This document shows positions 22,358 to 34,329 of a stretch of 64,000 nucleotides of DNA, one piece after another. Both the position numbers and the translations under genes were made by a program. Location: NCBI RefSeq assembly GCF_018350175.1, contig NC_058379.1, positions 68,324,001 to 68,388,000 on the forward strand, written 5' to 3'. Origin of the DNA: Felis catus (taxonomy: Eukaryota). How positions within the stretch are numbered: the first letter of the stretch is position 1; every line of letters starts with the position of its first letter. The notes below the pieces were generated by a model. It saw nothing but the letters and a program-made list of their open reading frames with translations. It searched no databases and was not told where the DNA came from.

Positions 22358-25300
22358 ACTTTAATTTTATGTTAAATTACTTATTTAAATTTCAAGAGTC
22401 TATTTTAGTAAATATAATAGCCAGTTAGCTAGATAACTGATAAACATATATTACAGATGAAAAAATATCTTTTGACTGAGGAGGTGTATGAACAGAGACC
22501 ATTCTTCTATGGCATAGAATCATTTGGGGCATCAGATGTACACGAACAAATGCACACACATGTCCGAAGTCTCAGTTTAAAAGAAAAAAATACCACTCAT
22601 TATAAATGCAGCGGTGAGGAAGGATGACGTTTCCTACAACTGGAGAAGAGGTGTTCGCTGGAAACTTAGAGAAGGTGGATCCAGGTGTTCCGGATGAGGG
22701 GCTGTGACTAATCTCCTTGGCTCGGAGGTCCACAGCCCTGCCTGGACCACCCACCTGCTGGCTGTATGCCTCCCCCCTCACCCCCCGCAAATTATGTCAC
22801 TCGTCCTCCGTTCCTTCCACTGTAAAAGTCGCCTTGTCGAAGAAATGAGGTAAAATGCTTCTTGTTGCCTGGCCAATAGTAATTACTCCATGAATACATT
22901 GGCTATCGCTTTGAAAAGGGGGAGTCAGGGACCATGGAAGGTTCAGGGCCGAACTAGTCTTCAGACATTTCAGAATAAGATTTAGGAGACCGGAATTATA
23001 AAGTAGTTGAAGAGGGAGACATCTAGGCTAGAAAAGGGAAGGGCATCTTCAGGAGGGGGCATTCCCAGCGAGTGACAGGGATCACATTGGCCAAAACTCA
23101 GATCCGCGCTCGCGGACTGTTCTAGATGTGGGTCTTTGGATTAAGAAGATCAGAAACCCACTCAACCTAGCACAAATGAAAGGGAATTGCTAGAAGGATA
23201 CAGAGGCATCAGGAATCTGACAGAGGTATAATAGACTGTGAATCAGAAAACCAGGAACTGATTCTGGTAATGCTAGACATCTGTCTCTCTCTTCCCCGCT
23301 CCACCAACCCCTGCTTACTCATTTTGCACCTGACCCACCAAGGCTACACGTGGGAAAAGAAGGGGGAACCCAATGAACAAAGGTCTCTCAGCCTCTTCCT
23401 GCAGACTCTTGCAAGAGGGAATCTGATTGTCTCAGTTCATCCCCTGGAGCCTGGGCCACTTAAATCCAGGCCTGCGGTCCCTTGGATCCAGTGTGTCCCT
23501 TTGATCCAAGAAGCCTGGCTGACCCTCCCAGGGTTAACCTCCCAGGGTTAGCCTGGCTAACCCTCCCAGGTTAAGTTTTTCCAGAGGGTAGCCTGACAAT
23601 GAAACTTATTTCTTGCAGAGATGCAGGGGTGTATCTCTGCCCAGGTCGTCATCATGCACGAGGCCACCATGTGGATAAGGAACTCATGCCTGTGAGGTCT
23701 GACCTTGAACCCTGAGGGGCTTGAGGAATGCCGGACTACTCTTGGGCTTTCTGTACTGTCCCTGAATCTTCTAAAACAAGATCTGCTTGTCTTACGCTCC
23801 CTCACGGGGTTCAGGGCTTTGTGTAATGGATGCGACAAGCGCCTCCTGTCCTGCTGGAATTAAACAGCTGGAAATGTATTCTTTTTTACTTTACAGCTGT
23901 TGTTACAAGCTGGACTGCAAACTTCTTGAAGGTATCACTTCAGGTGTGGAAATAACCTGGGAGATGGTGGAGTCCAGCCTTCCCATGTTACAGGGGTGGC
24001 AAGTAGGCTCAGGGGAGAGGAACGTCACCCAGCCGGATAGGGTCACACTGTGCTCCGTGCCATGCCTTACACATGGCATGCTCCCCATAAGTACCCCTCG
24101 ATTTAGTTCTTATTTAGCATTCTGCTTTTTATGAGCTCAGTCGTTCCCTACTGATACTCTCCCACCGCTAACTCCAGCCCTAGGGGATCACTTTCCATCT
24201 GCCTTTCAGACGTTGGTCCTTGGGGTTGTGTCGTGGAAGCTGAGGTGAGAGGCGTGGGTGAAACATAGCCCGGTTCCATCAAGCCATTATCTCTGCAGGC
24301 CAACACCACAGTAACAGAGCACAGGCACTAGGCGGGTAACTTCCTTCCTTCTGCGGGGGCCAGTGGCCATCACCCTGACACATGATGAACCTAGTCTAGT
24401 TTCCACCTAAAGACATATCTTCTGCAGCATCTCCCAGGCCGATGCTCCGCAACAGGGATTTGGGCCATTGTTGACCTCCTCCCTGCCAGGCCCGCTTTCC
24501 TCCCGGACGCCTCCTCTGACCATGCCAGCCCACGGAAGCCTTGCTCACTTAAAATCACCCTCGTGCAGCGTAGCACGTTGTCATTTTCCCCGATATCACG
24601 TGGGTGCCAGGCTGGGCTCCTCAGCTCCTGAAGGCAGGTAACCTCTCACCCCCACCCTGCACTCTGGTGGGCACCCACTGGGTCTTCCAGTCAATGTATT
24701 GACCGATAGAGGAAAGGCGGGTAGGCAAGGAGTAGGAATGAGAAGAAAGGAGGCTATTGCTTTTTGCTAGCACCTTAAGCCAATGTGAATTAGGAAAAGC
24801 AACTGCTTAAAACAGAATCATTCTGACTCGTAAGGTGTAGGCTATGTGGTGACAAGTCAAACAAAGGCAACAACTTCTTGGCAACTCAGATCTGCTGCAA
24901 TAAAACCCATTCCAGCGCCCATTCGTGAACTCTGCCCCCAGCAGCAGCTCTGACCTAAGCCTGCAGGCTGGGCATAAGATCAGCTACAGAGCAGAGAAGG
25001 AAGGACGCCGGGTGAGGACCACGTAAGCCCTAGGCCTCCCATTCTGGGAAACGTGGGCCTGAGGGTCCCACAGTATCTTCCTCGCAGAGACCCCCATTCG
25101 GGCCCGGAATCTCCATCATCAGAGGCTCTCCATAAGAAGACAAACCCGTAGCTGCTGCAGGAGCAAATAAAAGGCTATGTTATCCTACATGAAGGAATGT
25201 TAATCAGACTGGAGGTAAAGAGAGACCCAGGCTCAGGTGACCCGGGGAACAGGGGGCAAGCGTGGATAGGCAGGGGAGAAGTGGTGCGGGAGCCCAGCAC

Positions 25301-26389
25301 ACTGCCCACAGAAGGCACCTTGGGTGGGGTGACACATTACAGGGGGTCCTTGGGCAGCAGGGTGGGGGGGTGAGGGTTAAGAGAGCTGGGCCAGTGGGGG
25401 GTGAGGACTAGAACCCAGGGGGGAAGGTTCCTTGAAGACAAACCTAACTTATTCACACATGAGGATGAGTCACCCCCCCCCCCCCCCCCCCAGGAATCTT
25501 TCCTGCAGCACCAGCTCTGCTGGCCTCACTCCACAGAAAGAAAAATTCAGGGATCCTTCTCCCAGTGCAGAAAGCACCTGGGATGAGGAAAGGAATCAGC
25601 TGTCCCAGAGCACTCGCTAAGTGGCAGCCTCAACTTAAACACATGATCACCATTGGTTCTCAGAAGGCCAAGAATGGTTGCTGAATCAACTGTCCAAGGT
25701 CACCATTTGGAGGCTGGGGAGGCTGTCCAAGGTCACAGATCCAGGAAGTGCCATGCCTGCAATTCAAACCCAGGGGCCAAGTTGACTCTTGAGTCTGTGT
25801 TGTCCTCCACTGGCCCTCTGGGGCCAGGCACACCCAGGCAAACGGAGGTGTGTACTCTCCTCGGATGTTTTGCGTTCTGCACCATTGCTCGGCCTCTCCT
25901 CACCTCCGGGGTTGGATCCTGTTCTCACCTCTGGGGGTGTGATTTAAAGCAAAGGCAAGGCCAAGACCCAGACCATTCCATTCTTGTTTCTTTGCAGGTG
26001 GCATGCATATCACGCAAGGAGCAAAGCAGCATTGACAACAAAAGGTAGGCAAATGGGAAAGTGCTGAGTGGGTAGACTCCTGTACTATTTCATGTTTTGT
26101 AAACCTAGGAAATCAGTCGGATGCCGAAGCATAAAAACAACACACTGCTTGAACCAATGAGGCGTAGATGCCAAGAGGGACAAACCAGGGGGAAGAGTCA
26201 GGTGTGCCTAAACATGTTCCTTTGGTAGGGGGGTACTGGACTGGTGCCCAGATGCTAACCAGACTGCGGCTGTGCACCTGCTGTCTTCTCCTAGAAGGGA
26301 GAGGAGGACACGCCCCCATACCCTTTGGTACAAGGATCAGATGAGCCGCTCTGCAGGGCATCACTGTGGATGTGCTTTGCTTTCCTTCC

Positions 26390-27090
26390 ATAGCTTGACT
26401 CATGCTGAGCCTGAAGCTCGGAAGACATGCTCTCTACTCAAAACGAAATCTCACTCATCCTTTCAAGGCCTGCTTCAAGCCTCACCTCCAGTGAGAAGCC
26501 ATCCCAGGCTCCTTCTGCCCTCTAGACTTACCCGCCATTCCGGCCCCCTCCTCCTCCCATCAATCTGTCCTCTCTGCCTTGCCAAACTGCTGGGACTTTC
26601 AGAATTTGCTTTTTTCTCTCTCATCTGGGACCTTTGTACCCGGGTAGCTTTTCTCAGATGCCTACTCCTGCCTCTCTGCCTTTGTTTAAAACCTCCAGGA
26701 AGCCTTCTCCTACCCCCCCCCCCCATCCACCCTTGATCCTGGTTGTGGGCTCCTGCTGAGGGTTCCCTAGCACTTTATGCTCATCCCTATGCTAAGTATC
26801 GTCTTATTCCCTATACTTTCATTGATTGTGGTCCTTACACTAGACTTTGAGCTCCTTGAGGGCAGGGACTAAGGGTCTTACTTGCCTTGGCATTCCCAGA
26901 CATGTCCCATCTGTGGAAAGTGCTCACCAAATGTTATATGAATTAATAAATGGATTTCCACTGCATTATACTGTGTCACAGGAGCTTATAAGCTCCTTGC
27001 CTGGAGGAGTGTACAGCATCGTGTATTTCTCACGAAGGCCTCTCTGTCCCAATCTCGGTGCCCGGCACATAGTAGGTTCTTAGAAAGCAC
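26390..27090 (+). mobile_element. L2 3' fragments
   Basis: ACTAGACTTTGAGCTCCTTGAGGGCAGGGACT and GTGCCCGGCACATAGTAGG, typical of L2 3' ends. Confidence 0.75.
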
Positions 27091-27169
27091 TGGTGATTTG
27101 GTTAAGTGATTACTGAATTACCCACTGCACTGAATTCCCCCAGCCACCAGGTTCCCCATCGCAACCCTT

Positions 27170-27400
27170 AGCATGGCCAATGGAAAATTAATCGGTTGCA
27201 AAGTGCATATCTAATTACAACATCCCGCCCCTGCCACAGAGATGTTCAAATGTTAATTATAACATATGCATCTCAATAACAGACGTTAGCACTGAACGCA
27301 GCATTAATAACGCCGCTTGGACCGCCCAGTGTATACACAAAGCTTCCTTTTATCTGCCATTAGGACAGACTTTGCACTCTTAGTGCGGAAGTCCTCTTCT
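27170..27400. promoter_or_regulatory. Promoter-proximal motif cluster (CCAAT, four TAAT palindromes, ETS)
   Basis: CCAAT 27177-27181; ATTAAT 27187 and 27303; TAATTA 27212 and 27254; GCGGAAGT 27385-27392. Confidence 0.45.
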
Positions 27401-27621
27401 TTAAAGCGTTCCTGCTCCCGAAACCAAACGTCTCCCTGTAAGCTTGGACCGCGCCTAAGCCCCCCCGTTCCCCCAACACAGAGGTCCCCACTCAGGGCCG
27501 CGCCGCCGTCGCGGGGTGAGAGCGTTGGCCGGCGGGTTTCGGCGAAGCCAGGCTGGACTGTCTCGGCTGTCTCGGCGGCATCCCCGGGGTCCCGGCGGCG
27601 CCCCGCTCTCCAGGGCCCGCC

Positions 27622-27769
27622 NNNNNNNNNNNNNNNNNNNNNNNNNNNNNNNNNNNNNNNNNNNNNNNNNNNNNNNNNNNNNNNNNNNNNNNNNNNNNNN
27701 NNNNNNNNNNNNNNNNNNNNNNNNNNNNNNNNNNNNNNNNNNNNNNNNNNNNNNNNNNNNNNNNNNNNN
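27622..27769. other. Assembly gap (148 N) inside the CpG island
   Basis: Run of n between GC-rich DNA and a poly-T/pyrimidine tract. Confidence 1.
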
Positions 27770-27849
27770 TTTTTTTTTTTTTTTCCTTCCTCTACTCCCT
27801 CCCCCCCACCCGCCCCTCCCTCCCTCTTTCCCTTCCCTCCCTCCCTCCC

Positions 27850-28017
27850 CTCTCGGTTGGGTTTGTGCGCTGGGGCGCCGGATCCCCTCCGCTGCCGGGA
27901 CGCGCGGAACTCGAGGCAGGAGTAGGCTCTCTCGAGCCTCCTCCCTCCCTTCCCCTTCCCTGTCCCCTTCCCCCACCCCCGACACGGGCTCGGAGCGGCG
28001 GCCGGAGGAACCCCGAG
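27850..28017 (+). other. Putative non-coding first exon (1a)
   Basis: Ends at donor GAG|GTGAGC (28017/28018). The start is not determinable. Confidence 0.55.
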
Positions 28018-28399
28018 GTGAGCATCCCCCCGCCCGCCCCCCTCTTTTAGTCAGTACAGCCTGCGGATCGATTCGGGGACCCGCCAGGAGGGCTGCGTGA
28101 CGTGCGCGTGCTGATAGATAAATCCGAGAAAACCGCCCCAAACAATTAACCCCCTTCCCCCTCCCTGCGCCCCCGGCCGCCGGGCGTCTGCGCCCATGCT
28201 CAGACCCCTTCTCTGTCGCGGACCGCACTCCACGGTCTCACCCCCTCCCCAGGTTCGCCCCTTCCCCTCAGGGCTCCCGGCCCGAGTGGGGAGTCGTAGC
28301 CCTGGGGCTCCCGGGAGGAGGGGGCTCTCGGGGGCGCGTGGCTGGAGCCCGGCTGGCGCTCGAGCCGCGCGGTGTAGCCGCTGTCATGTGCCGGGTTCC

Positions 28400-28743
28400 G
28401 AGCCGGGGGGGAGGAAGAAAGCGAGCGTGATTGCTCTCCCTTTTGTTTTGAAGCCCGCATTTGCTGCATCAAGCAGTTGCTTTAGTACCAGCCAAACTTG
28501 CAGCTGTTCTGACCGCGCTCCGGCGAGGCAGGGAGCGCGGCCCTGCGTGGCGACTCCCGGCCGGAGGCTGCTGCGCTGGCGGCTGCCGGAGGGACCCCGA
28601 GAGAGTGTCTCCACGCAGCCCCTCCCTCCCGCGGTGACTGATTGTGTCTGTGGCAGCGGCCGTGCGAGGGTGTGTGCGCGCCCGTCACCGCGAGCGCGGG
28701 GATGTCTGTCGTCTAGACAGGCGGCACCCTCCCTCCGTCCCCG
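28400..28743 (+). other. Putative alternative first exon (1b)
   Basis: Ends at donor CCG|GTGAGC (28743/28744), downstream of a CRE-like motif. The start is approximate. Confidence 0.45.
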
Positions 28744-29422
28744 GTGAGCCCGCGGGCCGCGGGGGGCGCGGGGGATGGGAGCAGATGAGGAACCCGAATC
28801 GGTGGAGCCATTGCGGTTGCAGCTTTGGACATTCCCTACGGTGGTGATTCTGTTGGCTTTTTGTTATTATTCCTGTCGCCACGGTGTGATTGGGCCTGGG
28901 GAATAGATCCTTCAGGCGGAGCGGGGGTTAAGTTGACAGGCTCTGAAAAGCCAGCTCGCGGTGGCGAGTGACCCGAACGGCCGCGGCGTGGGCTCCGGCT
29001 CGGGCTCTTCAGGACGAGGAGCAGGTGACTGTCCTGGACGCGTCGCGGGTCGTGGGGGCAGGGAAGACAGGGGGCGGCGGTTCGGTCTGCGGCGACCGAG
29101 GTCAGCCCTCCCCCTCCCCCCCCCCCCCAAGGGCCGCGGGCCCCAGCCTAGGTGCATCTGGAGGAGGCGGCCCTGGGACGGCGGGTGTGACTTGGGTTAT
29201 GTCTTTCCACTGACGTTAAAAGACAATTGGGGGTCGGCGTTGGCTCTTGGGTTTCGTAGAGTTTTCGGGGTTGAGGCTGGGGGGCAGGTGTGAGCCGGGA
29301 GGGGGTGCGGCGTGTAAAGGGGAGGGATGGCTGGCGGCGGCCTGTGTGTCCCTACCGGAGGAGCGAGGCGTCGCCTCCCCCGCCCAGCTGTTTGTGTGTG
29401 TACACACCGCTCTGGCATGTAT

Positions 29423-29448
29423 GGGGGGGCGGGGCGTGGGGGGGGGGG
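29423..29448 (+). other. Potential G-quadruplex
   Basis: G7-C-G4-CGT-G11 allows four G3+ tracts. Confidence 0.6.
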
Positions 29449-30649
29449 ACAGACCGCGGTGTAGTGGGGACACGCGTGGGCCCGACTACCCGGTGAATCG
29501 TCCCGCCAGCCCCCTCGTGGTCCCAGTTGGGCTCCTGGTCGTGTGTGTCCGCGCACGCGCGCGCCGGGTTACTTGGACAGGGGGTCCTGCGGCTGTACGA
29601 CCCGGGAGCCCCTGCAGTTGCGTGTGTGCGGGGTTGGCGAGGGAGTTCCGGGCGCGCGGTGGCGCGGGAGACAAGCCTTGCGTCCCTCCGCGTCCCCGAC
29701 GCCCCCTGACCCGCCGGGCTGGCAGCCTGCTCGGCCGGTGGGGTGCAGGGCTGGGAGGGGCCGCGGGCGCGCGCGTGTCGCCGCCCCCGACCCTCCCAAC
29801 ACGCTCGGGTTGACCCTTGCTCCGGGGCGCTCTGTGGGTGCGCGTGCGCGCGCGCCCGCCTCTGCCTCGCGGGCCCCGGACAGAACGAGCGCGCTCTGCG
29901 CACCCCCTTCCAGTTTTTCGTCCTGGAGACCGTGGGGGCCGGAGGCTGCCCTGCCCGCCCGGCCCCGGCCCCGGCCCCGGCCCAGCCGGGCGCTGCTGCC
30001 TGCGCTGCTACCCGGCTGCCCTGCTTGCCCGCCCGCCTCCGCCGCCGTCGCTTTCTGGGTCCCTGAGGCCGGGGGGATTATCTCCTGGGCTAGGGGCGGG
30101 CGCGCACTGGGAAGAAGCCGGTGGAGCTGCGGGCCCCGCGGCGGCTGGAGTCTCGGGAGGGCGAAAGTGACACAGCACGAGCGCCGCCGCCGAAGCTGGA
30201 GGAGAGAGGAAGGAGCCGCCCAGAGCACGGGGAGGGGCCGCGGGCTGTCCGGGCCCGGTTCCTCCTGCCCGGCCCGGGGTCTGAGCCGAAAACCTCAGGA
30301 ATCCCGGCTTCGAGCATGCTCAGCCAGCGCGAGGAAATTGCCAGGGCTTTCAAGAAAACCCAATTGTACAGGAGCAGAATGCACCGAACGAACGTTAGCG
30401 GTGCAGTCCCCCCACAGGACGCACTCGGGTTGCCTGAGGAAACTCCCTTTGAGTATTTGAAACAGGATTCGATTTACACACAGATCATCTCCTCTGCTGT
30501 GTCAAGTGACTGTCCTAGATAATGTACGCTGGTAGGCAGTAATTTTGTAGCGCATTCTGGGGTAAGGTGTCATCGGTGATTAACAGATTGCTGTAAATAG
30601 CGTGTTTGTTTGACTTTACAGAGCGTTTCCCCCTACCCTTGAATCATCA

Positions 30650-30730
30650 CAATTTCTTAGCAGGGTCCTGTGATGTAGGCGGGTAGTAACCCCATTTTAC
30701 AGGTGAGCACACTGAGGCTCAAAAAGTACC
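30650..30730 (-). mobile_element. MIR fragment
   Basis: CCCCATTTTACAGGTGAGCACACTGAGGCTC. Confidence 0.75.
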
Positions 30731-31419
30731 ATGTGAGTCCCCCAGGGCCCTTCAGTGGGGAAGGGCTACTTTCCCCCCCTCTCTGTGATCCTGTAATTTC
30801 TCTTCGCAGCCTATGGCTTTTAATTTAAATAATGGTCATTTTTTTGGTATCTGTGTTTGAGGTTTTTTTGAGAGTAGGTCTTGGCTCCCCCAGGAAGTCC
30901 TGAGCTTCAGAAAGGGGGTAAATTATAGTGGTATTTATTCTTTGTCAAAACACTTTTTATTTGCCACCAGACCTCATGAGAATAGTCATTAAAGACAGAA
31001 GTCTGCATTGCTGGTTATTACGCATCTGATAATTTGCTAATGGCGAAAGGTTATTAGCTTTGATACATCCATTATACCAGAATCACACCTGCATATAATA
31101 AATACATATGGCATACATGTTTATGCAACGCGTGCCTGTATTCGTATGGGTGTGTTTGGGTGTGTTGTTCATGGACCCCGTGTCCTTGTTGAGTCCAACG
31201 TTTATTCTTTAGGTACTGATTTCAAAACCATTGGTTTAACGTGTAGATCCCTGAGAAGCCCAGGGTTCATCCCAGGTGATACTATTCCCTGCCCCCTGCA
31301 TCCCCAGGGATAGGGAAGCCCTGAAAAGAGCAAAGAGCTCCCACATGCCTGTAGGTACTTTGAAGAGTTCGTGTACGGGAAGGTTCTCAGACCCAGCCTG
31401 GAGAGTTACCAGGTTTGGC

Positions 31420-31720
31420 CAACTAATCAACCACTCGTTCACAAATAGAGACTGAGCACCTCCATGTTTCTGTATCTTCAAGTGCATGCAAAGGAAGTTG
31501 AACATACAGTCCCTGCCTGCCAAAAACATATTCTGTCTGGAGATAAATGTAGGATTTTAAGTCCAGCATATGTTTATTGAGCACCTACCTTGGGCTAGAT
31601 ACTGTACTCTGTTTGGGGCACACAAAGATAGTATAGTAGAAACAGCTAAGTTGTAATGCAATAAAACGAGTGATTCACAGCCTACGGGAGAGAACAAATC
31701 ATAAATACTATAGAGCACTC
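31420..31720 (-). mobile_element. L2 3' fragments
   Basis: ATGTTTATTGAGCACCTAC and CAGTCCCTGCC are antisense L2 tail motifs. Confidence 0.65.
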
Positions 31721-33299
31721 ACCCTGGGACTTAGTCAACTTCACATATGTTGGTTGGAAGTGACTCCTGATGCCAGTTCCAATTCTAGAGCAAAAGCAGG
31801 AGGGAGCAACAGAGGAAGAAGGGCTTTCTGTCCCTCGTTACCCTGGACTTCGGGCTTTTGGTAACCTCCCAGGTGGGCCTGGAGGTATGTCCTGAGGTGG
31901 ACGTTAGGCAGCTAGTGGGAAATGACCCTAAAGTCAACCAACAGATTACTCTGCTGGGCAGTGAGGAGCTGACAAGTTCTTCTCCCTGGTCCTGCCCCAG
32001 CTCTGCCGGGCTGTGATGGGCTGGGGTAGGCTATCTTCAGTGATGCGCTGTGGCTTTGGTCAAGGTCTCACTCAGGCCCTTCCTGGGTTTAGTAGTTTCT
32101 GTCTTACAGGTCTGTGTAGATGTTTTAACGTGAGTCTGCTTCGTATCTGTTCGTTCCCCACCTCGCTTCTGGGGTCCCTGACACCGTCCTCCAGTTTCGT
32201 CTCGGTTTTGGGGTTCACTGCCCTTGTTTTAAGGTTCTGTTGTTTGCAGTTCAGATGATGAAGGAGGAAGCAGGAGGTGGTAGGCAGGATGGAGAGAGAA
32301 TCCTGAGCCCAGAGAGAGAACAGGAGGCTCAAACAGACGGGCAAATCGCAGTTTTTGGGCATTTTCCAAATGTGGTGGCATTTCTGCACAGCTTACCCGA
32401 TAAACGTGGCGACTTCTTTCGATGCTCTTTTGGGGGGGGGATCCTCTACCTCTCAGCCTCACGGCCGACTCACGGTCACCTGAGCTCAGTTGTTCACATT
32501 CAGGCCTTACTCTCCTGCCCTCCTGCCTCATCCTGCACACAATTTAGAACAGCGCTGTGATGGGGGCCTTCTCCCTGAATTATCACCATGCTGGCTATGA
32601 CCTCTGCCTCTAATTTCTGAATTAAACCCAGGCCAAAGCTGTGATTCAGAACAGGGGGAAAACAGATAGGTCTTCGGATCCTAGGCACCCAGAGCTGGGA
32701 CGGGCCTTCCTAATAAGCTGATCTCTGTGTGAAGGCCCCGAAACCTAGCGAGGTGAAGTGACGTGCCCAAAGTCACCAGGAGCCCTTGGCAGAGTTGGAC
32801 AAGAAATTCCAGATTTTGATACCTCGTTCAATCTTCTTTTTTCTGTGCCTTCTGGAAAAAGCGGGGTTCTTACTTGCCAGAGAGAATGCTACATCTTCTC
32901 TATCTCCTCTGGTTCTGGGAAAGGCTCTGGAAGCCCTCTCTTAGTCTTGAACTTCCTTTCCTTTGAGACTGCCCTTCCCTGCCCTATCTTTCATCTTTGG
33001 CATCCAGGAATCTGGATGAGGGCATATGTTTGTGAGAAGTGGCAGGCCTGGGGGCTTTCCAGTGCACTTCAGTTTAGTCCCTTCCCTTGGCCGGGTCCTT
33101 AGGTCCCGAAAGGGTTTGCAAAGCTGGCATACATGAGCATTTTTCTAGGAAGGGGACTCACAGATTTCATTTGACCTCCCACCTGACTCAAGTACGGACA
33201 GGAACTCCTGCTGGGGACGGTGGGGGTGGATGGGGGGTTGCTGGGCAGTGGACGCTGCACTTGATTTGGGTTTATAGTTTGCAAAGTATTTCCCGCCGG

Positions 33300-33468
33300 G
33301 GATAGCATCTGCCTTTTATCTTAGCCCCGCGGAGCTGTTAGCGTTTTTCCCATTTTGCATACGAGACCTCTGAGCCTCCATGGTTAGTGACACGCCAGGT
33401 CACGGGGAAGTTGTCAGTTGTAGAACAGGGATCTGAACCCAGGTCTTCAGACTTCAAGTCCAGCGCCT
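33300..33468 (-). mobile_element. MIR
   Basis: CCCATTTTGCATACGAG...GGATCTGAACCCAGGTCTTCAGACTTCAAGTCCAG. Confidence 0.7.
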
Positions 33469-33819
33469 AGGGCTAGGATGTCACATCGTGTCACATCATC
33501 ATTACAGTTTTGTGAGTGGAGGGCTTCCAGGTTTCTAGAGCTTTTTATGTCCACTGTCGGCTCATATCCAGCATGGAGTCGGCCCCAAGTGCTGACTAAC
33601 TTACTCAGGGATGGGATGGATAAAGTATGGGAGGCGGTCTTCATGGCACTAACATGTGGACTGGGGCCAGCTGAGATGATTTTTGTGGAAGAGGTGAATT
33701 TGGGAGTAGGTCTGAGGTCGTGGCGGACCTAGAATAGGTTTTCAGTTGGGGCAATGGCTCAAAAATGGTAAAGGAGAAATATGTGTGGTGAGCACAGTGG
33801 TTGAGAAAGTTCTGAGTAG

Positions 33820-34245
33820 CACGGTCAAGGGGTGCCTGTTCAAGCCTCACGTCAGGGAGGGCTTCCTAAGGGAGACAACACAGGCACCGAAAGCGAATGG
33901 ATGAAAAGAAATTAGCCTGGAGAGGAGCTAGAAGGGGTAAGGAACAGCGTGTGCTTAGGAGAGGAGGTCTGAGGCTGTCTGGGCAAAGGAAGGGATTGCA
34001 GCAGCAAGGTCAAGTTCCAAGGTGGAGAGGCAGACAGGAGTTTCGTGAGCCCGGCCCAGGACCTTGGCTTCTAGACTACAGGAGGAGCGTGGTGGACGGG
34101 GCCCGAGGCCGAACGGAGGCATGCTGCTGTGGTTCAGAAGGGAATGCGATCTGGAGCCAGGAGGCCACTGGGCCAGTGAGGCAATGACAGGTTCCATCCA
34201 GTATCAAGTCGCAGGGGATAAGGCCTGGAGCCAGGGCCTCGTGTA
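33820..34245 (-). mobile_element. L2 fragment
   Basis: Purine-rich antisense L2 sequence, e.g. GGAGGCCACTG...GGATAAGGCCTGGAGCCAGGG. Confidence 0.5.
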
Positions 34246-34329
34246 GGGGGATGGAGGGAAGGTTATACGTTACAAACATTTGGGGACTAAAGTCTGCAGT
34301 GGTTGCTTAGCTTTGAGGAATAAAGGAGA

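Larger units (their letters stand above)
27440..30460. promoter_or_regulatory. Large CpG island / promoter of an unidentified gene (probably + strand)
   Basis: Very high GC, dense unmutated CpG, GC boxes, CRE-like TGACGTG at 28098-28104, NRF1-like GCGC arrays, no transposon insertions. Confidence 0.92.

Noticed and set aside
27317-30522. Long ORFs in the CpG island (e.g. 257 aa at 27455-28228, 305 aa at 29543-30460, 133 aa at 30121-30522)
   Set aside because: They overlap in all six frames, are Arg/Gly/Pro/Ala-rich, often start at GTG/TTG or cross N-gaps, and resemble no protein I know. Stop-codon scarcity in very GC-rich DNA explains them.
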